Source: an uncultured Candidatus Poseidoniales archaeon
GTDB taxonomy: Archaea > Thermoplasmatota > Poseidoniia > Poseidoniales > Thalassarchaeaceae
Direction: 5' to 3'
Assembly (NCBI GenBank): GCA_964563355.1
Contig: CAZLVU010000004.1
Location: 17,733-81,732, forward strand
Length of the DNA stretch: 64,000 nucleotides
In this document: piece after piece, positions 37,695 through 46,855 of the stretch
Layout of the letters: each line of letters begins with the position of its first letter
Position numbering within the stretch: position 1 is the first letter of the stretch
Translations under genes and position numbers: made by a program
Notes under the pieces: model-generated
The model's database searches: none
Seen by the model: only the letters and a program-made list of their open reading frames with translations
What the model was told of the DNA's origin: nothing

Positions 37695-40289
37695 TCAAAG
37701 TAATTCTGGGTGGAAGCCGGATCTCCTTAGGACCAGCCTCTCAGCGACAGAGCTGTCCCCCTCCATCATGATTTCAATCGTGAAGTCTGGCCACCTTTCC
37801 ACTGGTTGGGCCAACCATCCAACGAGATCGTGGGTCCTACCTGAAATTGGTGGGCTCTTGTCTCTTACTGACTTTAGGGCCTCAATCAAATCCCGGAGCT
37901 GGTTCAGGTCACGCTGTTCAATGGTTGTCTCTGGAATTCCTCGCAATCTACTTTGAAGGGTTTGGAGTAATTCTGGATGGCATCCCGGGTGAGAAATCGA
38001 GGAAAGTCCGGGTGCTTCGCATTGTTCACCGATTGGACGGAGAATTGTCGCGCACCAAGGTGATTCGTGCACCAGGAGTTCATCGAGGGTTTCTTCCTCG
38101 AGGAACCGCAGCAATATCTGTGAAGAAATCGGTGCCCACCATCCAGGCGGTAGGTCTCTGCGAATGGTTTGAAATGAATCCAGATCTGCCTCGCTAGAAC
38201 CCGTTGCGTGATTGTATAGTCTTGACCAAGTGTTTAGTTTGTGACCTTCGGGTAGTTGCGACCCGCGATCCCTAATTCTCAGAGTCATCTTTTCTACTTC
38301 AGAATCCGACTTTTCGCAATGACGAAGCAACCAAGAAACGCCGACCAATGCGTCAACTGAGTCTCTGGGGGGTTCCGATAGCCATGCTTCAACGCCCCAC
38401 TCTATCAAATCGTTATGTGATTCTTCGGGCAGCCAAGCTGAGTTCTGGATGAACTGAGATGCTACCCATGCAGCACCTCTGCTCGCTTGGGCTGGGTCTA
38501 TTGCGGGCCATGATCTCAGTAGGTTGTCGGGATCCTCCCTCAGTTTTGTTGTAATCTTACTCGCGTAGACCTTTAGGACTGAATCCGGAGCTAAGTCGGC
38601 TAACTCAGAGATTCTGTCAATTGGTAGGTGGTCCATGTCCAGTAAGGCTAGCCACTCAGGATCCAGTCGATTCGAGAGTCGCTGCCACCTAGGCCATCTT
38701 GCCCATTGCGGTGAGGCGATCCACGCAGCAAGTGGATACCTGGCTTCCACCTGGTTGGCCCATTCCTCGTCCCCATCGGGGAATTGAGAAAGAGCCGAAC
38801 CAACAATTGAAACCAAATCTCCCTCTAGTTGTGTGGGTTGGAATTCGTGCTCCACGGGGAGGCTTAGGACGTCCCAAGGAGAAATAGATGGTTGCTCTAG
38901 TTCTTGAACGGATGTAGCGGCCTTAGCCTCCTCGAGAAGTCTGACTGGAAGCTCCTTTCCCGATTTGGTAGAGAATTTTAGCCATGGGAGAGTTCTGATC
39001 CTATCCACTTCAATCCTATCCGAATCTGTGAATTGATCAATTAGTTCGTTCATTAGAACGAGTCTGAGATTTGAACTAGATGCGATCCTATTGAGGAGAT
39101 CGTTTGGGAAATCACTTCCAATCTCAAGAACCAGTGGCAATTCATCAACTTCCAAAGACCATCGGATTAGGGATTCGATTGCAGATTTACCCAGCCCCCT
39201 CAGGTCGATTAGCCTGAACACTGATTCGTCCGTGGAGAATTCTGCACCACCCCAATCCCTTCTGAATCTCCTAAGGGTTGAGTCTTCCGTCTTTACCCTC
39301 CTTGATGTCAACAGTCTGTCCCTCAGTGACTGCAACCTCCTCTTCCTCTCAGTGGCTGTTAACCTGGGATGAGCTCCCTCGATCCAATGGTCGAGGGCCC
39401 TGAGGGGGTATTTTCTGCCTCCAAGTCCCAAACCTCCTAAATCGGCAATTACCAACGCATTTGATTTTGCAGATCTGAGCAATACTGATCTGGGGAGTCT
39501 CTCGCTGATCAAGGCAGCAACTGGTTGGGTTGGTCGGATGTGGGGGGCGTTGATATGAGAAGAGCCCAACAGCCAAGGCCCTCGGTGATAGGTTGGCTCG
39601 TCAAGAGGCGCAGGAGGTTTCGAAGCGGGGGGAGTAAACCACACGCCCGGAGAAACTGTGGTGATTTTTTCGTGCTCAAGTAATCTAGCTCTTATGACTC
39701 CCACCACTGACCGTTTATCCACATATGCCTCAATGCTCTCGGGATCAGCGAGCTGGGGAGGTGCGTCCAGAATCTCCATGTTGGCAATGTCGAACCATCG
39801 GGGGGAACGTTCACTGAGAACTGCCCAATTCCATGACACCCCATGGTTTCTTGTGGAGAGTGACATTCCCTCTGAACTCAAAGGTGGGCGGTTGGGAATC
39901 GAGATCATCGGTTCATCAGGTTGGCTCAGAAAACAGAGTAGGAGGTTTTCTTCATCTCGAAAAATGACGCAGCAGCCATCTTGTTCAGATGATAATTCTG
40001 GGAGGGCCAGTACCTTGGACCACTCATCTTCCTGTAGCGTCCCCCAACCCTTCTCAGTCAATCGAATTTTGGATCCTCTGCTACCTCGTGGAAGGTCACT
40101 TGAAACTAATCCATCGTCCCTCATCCTCCTAATTTCAGCCGATGCGTGAGGGACTCTGAGTGAAGTTTCAGAGGCGAGTTCTGTCACCGTTGCGTCACCT
40201 ATTGCAAGTCTGGAAATCAACCTCCAGCGATGCTTGCTCCTGATTCTTCGCGGTTTGAATGACCGTTCATCGTCGGAAGTAATTGACAC
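37695..40289 (-). CDS. Large hypothetical protein (864 aa) with an N-terminal winged-helix-turn-helix domain
   Basis: N-terminal RWRLISRLAIGDATVTELASETSLRVPHASAEIRRMRDDGLVSS has an ArsR/TrmB-like wHTH pattern. The rest is Trp/Arg-rich with no recognised catalytic motif. Confidence 0.6.
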   Translation of the reverse strand: MSITSDDERSFKPRRIRSKHRWRLISRLAIGDATVTELASETSLRVPHASAEIRRMRDDGLVSSDLPRGSRGSKIRLTEKGWGTLQEDEWSKVLALPELSSEQDGCCVIFRDEENLLLCFLSQPDEPMISIPNRPPLSSEGMSLSTRNHGVSWNWAVLSERSPRWFDIANMEILDAPPQLADPESIEAYVDKRSVVGVIRARLLEHEKITTVSPGVWFTPPASKPPAPLDEPTYHRGPWLLGSSHINAPHIRPTQPVAALISERLPRSVLLRSAKSNALVIADLGGLGLGGRKYPLRALDHWIEGAHPRLTATERKRRLQSLRDRLLTSRRVKTEDSTLRRFRRDWGGAEFSTDESVFRLIDLRGLGKSAIESLIRWSLEVDELPLVLEIGSDFPNDLLNRIASSSNLRLVLMNELIDQFTDSDRIEVDRIRTLPWLKFSTKSGKELPVRLLEEAKAATSVQELEQPSISPWDVLSLPVEHEFQPTQLEGDLVSIVGSALSQFPDGDEEWANQVEARYPLAAWIASPQWARWPRWQRLSNRLDPEWLALLDMDHLPIDRISELADLAPDSVLKVYASKITTKLREDPDNLLRSWPAIDPAQASRGAAWVASQFIQNSAWLPEESHNDLIEWGVEAWLSEPPRDSVDALVGVSWLLRHCEKSDSEVEKMTLRIRDRGSQLPEGHKLNTWSRLYNHATGSSEADLDSFQTIRRDLPPGWWAPISSQILLRFLEEETLDELLVHESPWCATILRPIGEQCEAPGLSSISHPGCHPELLQTLQSRLRGIPETTIEQRDLNQLRDLIEALKSVRDKSPPISGRTHDLVGWLAQPVERWPDFTIEIMMEGDSSVAERLVLRRSGFHPELL

Positions 40290-40364
40290 GAAATATCACC
40301 TACAAATGAAGTCACATTACATCATAGTAATAAAATATACTATTTAGTTACAATTAATTACATA

Positions 40365-40376
40365 TTTCCACTGGAA
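40365..40376. promoter_or_regulatory. Mini-ORB-like dyad TTTCCACTGGAA (rc TTCCAGTGGAAA) inside an AT-rich island
   Basis: 5-1-5 perfect palindrome TTCCA-C-TGGAA. Read as rc with its flank it is TTCCAGTGGAAAT, the core of the euryarchaeal origin recognition box. A second TTCCA occurs about 20 nt downstream. Confidence 0.4.
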
Positions 40377-40532
40377 TTGTTAATACTTCCATTAATGCAC
40401 TTATTTTATCAACCTAAAAAGTGCGGTTTTGTGTCACCACATGTAACCAACGAGACAAAAAACATACAGAAGCGTTATATTACCTGCCGCTGTCCTGTGA
40501 AGAGTGGTCCGATGCGGTGCCGCGAGTAGTAT

Positions 40533-40799
40533 ATGGTGGTTAAATTGAGGACAACAAGACTAAGGCAGAAGATCAAGAAATTTCTAGACGAGCGAGGGGA
40601 GGCTAACACCACCGAAATCCTCGAACATGTCAACTCAACAATGAGGCATGGAACCACTCCCCAGCAGCTGGGAAACGTCCTCTCCAAAGACAAGGATATC
40701 CTGAAAGTCGCCACTACCAAAAGAGGTGGGGCGTTGTCTGGCAGATACGAAATCTGTGTCTGGCAAGTTCGTCCAGGGGCCCTAGAAGAGCGAGTCTGA
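40533..40799 (+). CDS. Small winged-helix DNA-binding protein (88 aa)
   Basis: Basic N-terminus followed by a helix-turn-helix-like TTEILEHVNSTMRHGTTPQQLGNVLSKDKDI and a beta-hairpin wing. Sits downstream of the AT-rich island. Confidence 0.45.
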   Translation: MVVKLRTTRLRQKIKKFLDERGEANTTEILEHVNSTMRHGTTPQQLGNVLSKDKDILKVATTKRGGALSGRYEICVWQVRPGALEERV

Positions 40800-41846
40800 T
40801 CAGGCTTCCAATTCCTGACTCCAGTCGCCGCTGCGTGCCAGCCCATTCATTGCTGCTCTATGTGAAAAGGCAATTTGGCTGGCCTTATCTGGGTCTTCTT
40901 CAGAACTGGCCCAAATTCTGAGCGCTTCGGCTTGCAGAGCCCTGCCATAAGAATAGGAAAGTTGCCATGGGTGTATTGCACCCATACTATTCATCATGTT
41001 GAGATGGGCGGTGGCATCTTCATCCGACTGCCCCCCTGATAGAAACACGATGCCAGGGAGGTTGTGGGGGACGTGTTTAGTTAAGCAGTCGGCAGTCATC
41101 TGGGCAACTTGTTCTCTGGGAGTCTGAATTTCGCAGTCATTGCCGGCGATAATCATGTTTGGCTTCAGCAGGGCCCCGGGAATGTGGACTCCTTGGGAGT
41201 CGCATTCGGAGAATGTAGCTTCTAGGGTAGCTGCTGTGACGTCGTAGCATCTCTGGGCATCATGATTTCCGTCCATTAGCACCTCTGGTTCAATAATTGG
41301 CACCAGGCCCTGTTCCTGACAGATCGCAGCATACCTTGCAAGGGCGTGGGCGTTGGTGGATAGGCAAGTGTCACTAGGCATTCCATCCCCAATCGCAATC
41401 ACAGCACGCCACTTGGCAAATCTTGCACCCATTGTGAAATACTCCTCACAACGCTCTCTGAGGCCATCGAGTCCCTCCGTAACCTTCTCACCCTTATGAT
41501 GGGCGAGTTCCTTCGCTCCTGTGTCTACCTTAATCCCAGGAAGAACGCCCCTATGTGCAAGAAACTCGGGGATGGGTGTGCCATCGTCCATCGATTGGCG
41601 AATAGTTTCGTCGAAAAGGATTACGCCGCTAATTGCAGATTCGTAGCCTTCGGTTGAGAATAAGTTTGCTCGGTAAGCTCTCCTAGACTCGGGTGATGGG
41701 TCTACGCCAACAGCTTCCAATCTATTCGACATTGTCCCATTGCTTTCGTCTGCTGCGAGAATCCCCCGTCCGGGTGAAACCAATTCATTTGCAGTTTTCT
41801 CAAGAAGCTCCTTGTCCATTTCAGTGACCTCAAATCTACGGGGCAT
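40800..41846 (-). CDS. fba: Fructose-bisphosphate aldolase, class I (eukaryote/bacterial-type, not the archaeal DhnA type)
   Basis: GILAADESNGTMSNRL matches the class I FBA (PF00274) hallmark GILAADES. Length is about 348 aa. Start is either ATG 41846 or ATG 41819 (the latter has GAGGT upstream). Confidence 0.85.
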   Translation of the reverse strand: MPRRFEVTEMDKELLEKTANELVSPGRGILAADESNGTMSNRLEAVGVDPSPESRRAYRANLFSTEGYESAISGVILFDETIRQSMDDGTPIPEFLAHRGVLPGIKVDTGAKELAHHKGEKVTEGLDGLRERCEEYFTMGARFAKWRAVIAIGDGMPSDTCLSTNAHALARYAAICQEQGLVPIIEPEVLMDGNHDAQRCYDVTAATLEATFSECDSQGVHIPGALLKPNMIIAGNDCEIQTPREQVAQMTADCLTKHVPHNLPGIVFLSGGQSDEDATAHLNMMNSMGAIHPWQLSYSYGRALQAEALRIWASSEEDPDKASQIAFSHRAAMNGLARSGDWSQELEA

Positions 41847-41905
41847 GGTCACAGAAAAGAATCCATCGACCCGAAAAATTGTAGGAAATCGACGGTTTGG
41901 TGACT

Positions 41906-42877
41906 TCAAATGACGGTTGTAACGAAGCTATGCTCCATCGAGGAAACGTCAATAATCTCCGAGTGCACTCTAGCAGTGCCCCCTTCCATCATTTCTACGC
42001 CGTTTGTACGGCCACTGCAAACTCCAGTGCCGATGAAGACGGAGTCATTGGAACTGCAAAGCTCGTCACGTTGCCAGACTCTATCGATGTCTTCTGCAAT
42101 CATTCCCTCCGCGCGCTCTCGGTGACCCTCATTCCTAAACACGAGCCGCCCCTCAAAGGGTGCATCCAACCCCCTTAGAGCTGTGGCTGTGATAACTCCC
42201 TCTGGAGCAGCCCCTATTCCCATTAGCATGTCAATGTCTGAGTTGGGGTCCGCTGCGTTTAGGGCAGCTGAGATATCCCCATCCCCAATCAGTACGGGTT
42301 GAACCCCGAGTGCCTTCAAGCCCCTAATCAACTCCTCATGGCGGGGGCGATCCATAACCACTACTTTCAGCTCCACTGGAGTCTTACCAAGTGCCGAGCA
42401 TGCTCCCTCCACATTGTATGGTACATCTGCTTCCAAACTGACTTCGCCAGTGATTTCAGCAGGTCCCGCAATTTTGTCCATGTAGCAATCCGGAGCATGC
42501 AGGAGGGTGCCACGTGGCCCGGCAGCAAGAACGGCCATGGCATTGGGGAGGTCTAGTGCAACATGGTTAGTACACTCAAGGGGGTCGACTGCGATGTCAA
42601 TTGAGGGAGCCGATGGATCCCCTCTCATTGAGCCAAGGGGTTCACCAATCCAGAGCATGGGGGCATCATCACGCTCACCCTCGCCGATTGCAACTCGGCC
42701 GTCAAATGGGACGGTGTCGAATACTGAACGCATTGCTTCAACGGCGGCCCCGTCCGCAGCCTTGCGATCGCCGAGTCCCTTCCATTTGGCGGCTGCGACT
42801 GCCGCAGCCCCCGTAGCTCTGAGGAAGTCCGGGATCAGATCGGCTGTCGACACACGTCCCTGAGGAGGAGGTTGCAT
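41906..42877 (-). CDS. glpX: Fructose-1,6-bisphosphatase class II (GlpX-type)
   Basis: N-terminal DLIPDFLRATGAAAVAAAKWKGLGDRKAADGAAVEAMR and overall GlpX-like sequence of 323 aa. Sits next to fba. Confidence 0.8.
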   Translation of the reverse strand: MQPPPQGRVSTADLIPDFLRATGAAAVAAAKWKGLGDRKAADGAAVEAMRSVFDTVPFDGRVAIGEGERDDAPMLWIGEPLGSMRGDPSAPSIDIAVDPLECTNHVALDLPNAMAVLAAGPRGTLLHAPDCYMDKIAGPAEITGEVSLEADVPYNVEGACSALGKTPVELKVVVMDRPRHEELIRGLKALGVQPVLIGDGDISAALNAADPNSDIDMLMGIGAAPEGVITATALRGLDAPFEGRLVFRNEGHRERAEGMIAEDIDRVWQRDELCSSNDSVFIGTGVCSGRTNGVEMMEGGTARVHSEIIDVSSMEHSFVTTVI

Positions 42878-43336
42878 TCAAAACTGCGGGTCGAACTTCT
42901 TCTTACTGATTACCCGTAATTCGTTAATCATCGAATTCGGATACTGTCCGTTTTCGTCCTTCTCGAATGATTTGAGCATGTCCCATGCGCACAAAAGGCC
43001 AGCACTGACTCCGCAAAGAGCCTCCATCTCCACGCCTGTGTTCCAGTGTGTTCGCACGGATACGGTGCAGCGAAGTCCGGTTTCCTCGACGTCCCAAACC
43101 ACCGTGCAGCCCTCAATTGGAATGAGGTGGCAATGGGGCAGCATTCGTGGAGTCTCCTTCACGGACTGGATTGCGGCCACGGTAGAGGCCTCGCGAACAT
43201 CTCCCTTAGGAGAGCGTCCATTTGCAACTACGTCTAGTGAATCGGGTGAAAGAACGAGGATCCCTGTGGCCACCGCCTCACGCGCCAAGATGGGTTTTGA
43301 TCCAACATCGACAATTCCGTTCCAAGATTCGGTCAA
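42878..43336 (-). CDS. moaC: Cyclic pyranopterin monophosphate synthase accessory protein MoaC
   Basis: VDVGSKPILAREAVATGIL...KGDV...LIPIEGC...GVEMEALCGVSAGLLCAWDMLK matches the MoaC core. Confidence 0.85.
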   Translation of the reverse strand: MTESWNGIVDVGSKPILAREAVATGILVLSPDSLDVVANGRSPKGDVREASTVAAIQSVKETPRMLPHCHLIPIEGCTVVWDVEETGLRCTVSVRTHWNTGVEMEALCGVSAGLLCAWDMLKSFEKDENGQYPNSMINELRVISKKKFDPQF

Positions 43337-43465
43337 CAGCTCACCAGTGGACTCCCGGGGACGCGCCTCCCTATTCAGTGCCTCGGGTTATAGCACTGGA
43401 ATGAAATACCAACATATGGATTGGCGTGCATGGCGGAGGCGTTCCGGGAACGGGCAACGCCCGGG

Positions 43466-43690
43466 ATGGTGCCTGTGCTGAAATCGGGTCTGCCCCATGA
43501 TCGGCCAGTATCCGAAGGTACGAAGCTACAGGTTATCGACAGCCTCTGCGTGGGCTGCTCCTACTGCTTGATGGCTTGCAATGATGACGCTTTGGTTGTC
43601 GAGGGTCTGTGCGAAGTCATCGAGCAGAACTGCACAGACTGTCTCAGATGCCTCCTGTGGTGTCCAACTGGTGCCCTGATTTACTCGTAG
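43466..43690 (+). CDS. 4Fe-4S dicluster ferredoxin-like protein
   Basis: Two Cys clusters: CVGCSYCLMAC and CTDCLRCLLWCP. The longest ORF starts at 43421. Confidence 0.55.
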   Translation: MVPVLKSGLPHDRPVSEGTKLQVIDSLCVGCSYCLMACNDDALVVEGLCEVIEQNCTDCLRCLLWCPTGALIYS

Positions 43691-43698
43691 GTGATGCG

Positions 43699-45051
43699 GT
43701 GAGCAAACCGAAGGCCGTCGTAATTGGTGCAGGAGTAGGTGGCCTCTCATCTGCAGCCATGCTGGCTCAGACAGGGAATTATGACGTTACTGTGTACGAG
43801 AGAATGTCATTCGCCGGTGGCAGATTCACTCAGCACGATCACGACGGTTTCCAAATTCCCACCGGGGCAGTGCACATGATTCCTCACGGTCGGAGGGGGC
43901 CCTTTGCCAAACTAATCCTAGGGAAGCGTCGAAGGGGGGGCTTGGAACTGGGGAGGCATGGGGTGGATTTCATTCCCACGACGAAATTTGCTTGCCAGCT
44001 TAAAGATGGAAAGCATTACGCCGCGAACTCGGTTTTTGGCATCCTACCGTGGTTTCACTTGAAGAATTCTCTCAATATGCCAAGGCTGCTGGCCTCCAGG
44101 GCCAAGCGTCCTTGGGAAAACGAGACCGTTGATGGGAGAACTTGGCTCAAGAGAATGTTCACCGACGACTTCATTGATTTCCTAGATGCGTTCTCGAACT
44201 TCGCAATCAGCCTTCGTTTCGATCAAATGCCGGCATCGACGGTTGCAAGAATGCTGCAGAACTCATTCTGGAGCGATAGACCGCACGTCCCGAAGGGGGG
44301 GTGCAAGGGAGTCATAAACGGGCTCAGGACGGATTTGAAACGGAACGGAGCTAGGGTCAAACTTTCTCACGAAGTCACCGAAATACTGCCTGGTGATGCG
44401 GAGGAGTCGACCAAGGGGAATCGGTTCTGCATTGGAATCAGAAGGAGGGGCCGGGATAGTGCCACGTGGGTTGGGGCAGATGCCATAGTCCACAATGGGG
44501 GCCACCCCAACCTGCTGGATTCGTTGTCCGACGAGTTTGAATTATCGGAAGGGGTTCGCGAGCAGGTAGCAAACACCCAAGCTGTTGGGGGGATTGGGTT
44601 CGTCTTCGACTTGGATGACAAGATTCCGCATCGTGACAGTGGGGTCACCATGATCCCTAGCCTAGACAGAGTCGGGGGATATGTGATTCCGACCTTCTCG
44701 GAACCCGCTCTGGCACCTGAAGGAAGGCATATGATGATCACTCACCAGTTCGTCCCTGACCCAAGCGTGAAATCCGAGATTGATAAGGGTAGAAATGAGC
44801 TCTATGAGGCGATTCCTTGGCTCTCAGACCATGGAGATGAGCTGTGCGTCCATACTTATCACAGGAACTGGCCGTGCAATCGAGCACCACAGGGTGCTGA
44901 GCTTCCCGCGGACATTGGTGTGGAAGGCATCAGGTTGGTCGGGGATGGAGTCAAGGGGCATGGGTGGATGATGGTCGAAGGCATTGCTGCAAACGTTCCG
45001 GATGCGGTAAGGGATGTCTGCAAGTCAATCGACTCTGGGGGATCAGCCTAA
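43699..45051 (+). CDS. FAD-dependent oxidoreductase of the phytoene desaturase (CrtI)/amine-oxidase family
   Basis: KAVVIGAGVGGLSSAAMLAQTGNYDVTVYERMSFAGGR is the CrtI-type dinucleotide-binding motif. Start proposed at GTG 43699, 9 nt after the ferredoxin stop. The ORF-track ATG at 43609 and an ATG at 43648 both lie inside the ferredoxin gene. Confidence 0.7.
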   Translation: MSKPKAVVIGAGVGGLSSAAMLAQTGNYDVTVYERMSFAGGRFTQHDHDGFQIPTGAVHMIPHGRRGPFAKLILGKRRRGGLELGRHGVDFIPTTKFACQLKDGKHYAANSVFGILPWFHLKNSLNMPRLLASRAKRPWENETVDGRTWLKRMFTDDFIDFLDAFSNFAISLRFDQMPASTVARMLQNSFWSDRPHVPKGGCKGVINGLRTDLKRNGARVKLSHEVTEILPGDAEESTKGNRFCIGIRRRGRDSATWVGADAIVHNGGHPNLLDSLSDEFELSEGVREQVANTQAVGGIGFVFDLDDKIPHRDSGVTMIPSLDRVGGYVIPTFSEPALAPEGRHMMITHQFVPDPSVKSEIDKGRNELYEAIPWLSDHGDELCVHTYHRNWPCNRAPQGAELPADIGVEGIRLVGDGVKGHGWMMVEGIAANVPDAVRDVCKSIDSGGSA

Positions 45052-45474
45052 CCCAGCTTTCCAGATCGCGCCATCCTCTCTAACTTCCTTCTTCCAGAGC
45101 GGTGCACTCTTCTTCAGCTCCGAGATTAGCCACGAGCATGCTGAGAATCCCTCCTCCCTGTGAGTAGAGCCAACATGGATGCATACAATGGGCTCACCGG
45201 GGCCAACGGACCCAGTTCGATGAGACATAACCACGGAGCTAATCCCAAACTCGTCTACAGCCTGTTCGGCAAGTTCCTCCAGAACTCCTGGTAGCATCTC
45301 CTCCCAGGCGTCGAACTCCAGTCGCTTGACCTGGGCTCCGTCCTCCTGACCTCGCGTGAGGCCGACAAAACTGACAACGCTGCCGCAGCCATCCGAATCT
45401 ACCAACTTGCGCAGAGCTTCGGGATCGAGTTGGTTTTCGGCGACCTCGATGTGGACACTACCGTTCCTAGGCAT
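45043..45474 (-). CDS. moaE: Molybdopterin synthase catalytic subunit MoaE
   Basis: VVSFVGLTRG...VVMSHRTGSVGPGEPIVCIHVGSTHREEGFSACSWLISELKKSAPLWKKE matches MoaE. Start trimmed to MPRNGSVHIE; the ORF-track version adds 66 low-complexity residues that overlap the divergent neighbour. Confidence 0.8.
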   Translation of the reverse strand: MPRNGSVHIEVAENQLDPEALRKLVDSDGCGSVVSFVGLTRGQEDGAQVKRLEFDAWEEMLPGVLEELAEQAVDEFGISSVVMSHRTGSVGPGEPIVCIHVGSTHREEGFSACSWLISELKKSAPLWKKEVREDGAIWKAGLG

Positions 45475-45574
45475 GCTCTCGACCCCTGAGCGATGGCATT
45501 CCTGCTTCAATCCGCCGCTTGCGAACCATTCATTCCCGGAACTTCGGTCGCGGGAACAAGACTGAGGCCTAGAC

Positions 45575-46837
45575 GTGACATTGAGTAGCATTGGTGCAGG
45601 GGGGTTCGAAGAAGATGCAGGTACGATCCGCATCCTCGGTGCTGGATTGTCTGGATTAGCTGCGGCAACCATTCTAGCTCGCGCTGGAAGGGAGGTTCAT
45701 GTTCACGAGATTCGTGAAGACAGCGGGGCCCGTTTCGACGGGGACTTCCAAGGAATAGAAAACTGGACCAGTCAAGTTGACTTCTTCGATGAGATGCGGG
45801 ACTGGGGGCTCGAACCGGAGGAATTCAAGTCTAATGACTTCGAAGTCATTGATCTCGCTCACCCTGACGATGTGATTTCCCAGCCCCGCACTGACGGCGT
45901 CGCCTTTAGGATCGTACAGAGGGGCACTGAAGAGCACACTATCGACCAAGCGCTAAAGCGCATGGCAATCGAATCAGGTGCCCAGATTCATTACGGCTCG
46001 CGTAGGAGCCCAGAAGACTGTAACATTGTCGCTGCAGGACCTAGGGAGTCCAGCGCAGTGGCCTTCGGTGAAATTTTTCACACCGATCATCCCAATCATG
46101 TCACATTCCAGTTGAATGACAAACTGGCTCCCGGCGCATACTCTTACCTGATCATCATCGACGGGATAGGTCTGATCTGCACCTGCCTGTGGCGTCAACA
46201 GCGGAAAAGCGGTCGCTACCTCAACGAGACCATAGCCTGGTATGAGCAGCACTACGACCTTAACAGGAAACCAATCAAACGAGTGGGTGGCAAGGGAGAC
46301 TTCGGGCTACCGACGAAGTACATGCACGAGGGACGCTATTACGTCGGGGAAGCGGGGGGGCTTCAGGACTTCATGTGGGGATTCGGCATGCGATACGCAA
46401 TCACCAGCGGTGTGCTTGCTGCAAAGGCAATTCTGGGGGAATGCGATTATGAAGCTGAGGTGCGGCGACGCCTAGTCCCCTTAGTCAGGGCTAGCGCAAT
46501 CAATCGCTTCCTAATGAACAGAGTCGGCAATCGTGGTTTCAAGATGGTTGCGAGATACTGGATGCGGGACCAGCGGCGCAAGGGCGACGGGTTAGCATTC
46601 ATGCAATGGCTCTACAAACCCGGCCTGGGACGCAGGATGATCTGGCCGATAGTGAGGCTAGGTATGCTTAGTCGCAAGAAACTGGAAGACGGGCGGACCG
46701 TGCATCGAATGCCATTCAGGAAGGCTCTCAGAAGAGACGTGTGGGAACCAAGTGCAAGGGCCACGGAGATCAGTGAGGAGTGGAGGGCAATCCAGAGGCA
46801 CGGGGGCAAGAAGTCCTTTGTTGCAGAGGAAGAATAG
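45575..46837 (+). CDS. FAD-dependent oxidoreductase, geranylgeranyl-reductase-like family
   Basis: IRILGAGLSGLAAATILARAG (GxGxxG) and YYVGEAGG (GD-type FAD contact). Length 420 aa. Confidence 0.6.
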   Translation: MTLSSIGAGGFEEDAGTIRILGAGLSGLAAATILARAGREVHVHEIREDSGARFDGDFQGIENWTSQVDFFDEMRDWGLEPEEFKSNDFEVIDLAHPDDVISQPRTDGVAFRIVQRGTEEHTIDQALKRMAIESGAQIHYGSRRSPEDCNIVAAGPRESSAVAFGEIFHTDHPNHVTFQLNDKLAPGAYSYLIIIDGIGLICTCLWRQQRKSGRYLNETIAWYEQHYDLNRKPIKRVGGKGDFGLPTKYMHEGRYYVGEAGGLQDFMWGFGMRYAITSGVLAAKAILGECDYEAEVRRRLVPLVRASAINRFLMNRVGNRGFKMVARYWMRDQRRKGDGLAFMQWLYKPGLGRRMIWPIVRLGMLSRKKLEDGRTVHRMPFRKALRRDVWEPSARATEISEEWRAIQRHGGKKSFVAEEE

Positions 46838-46855
46838 AGAGGGTCTCCTCTCCGT

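Noticed and set aside
37999-38015. GAGGAAAGTCCGGGTGC on the plus strand is a 14-nt identity to the universal RNase P RNA CR-I/P4 motif (GAGGAAAGUCCGGG).
   Set aside because: It lies antisense inside an uninterrupted 864-codon ORF. I could not find the complementary P4 strand; the nearest candidate, CAGAATCCGACTTT near 38300, does not pair. I found no CR-II/III motifs either. It is most likely a chance match, but worth a cmsearch with the RNase P archaeal model.
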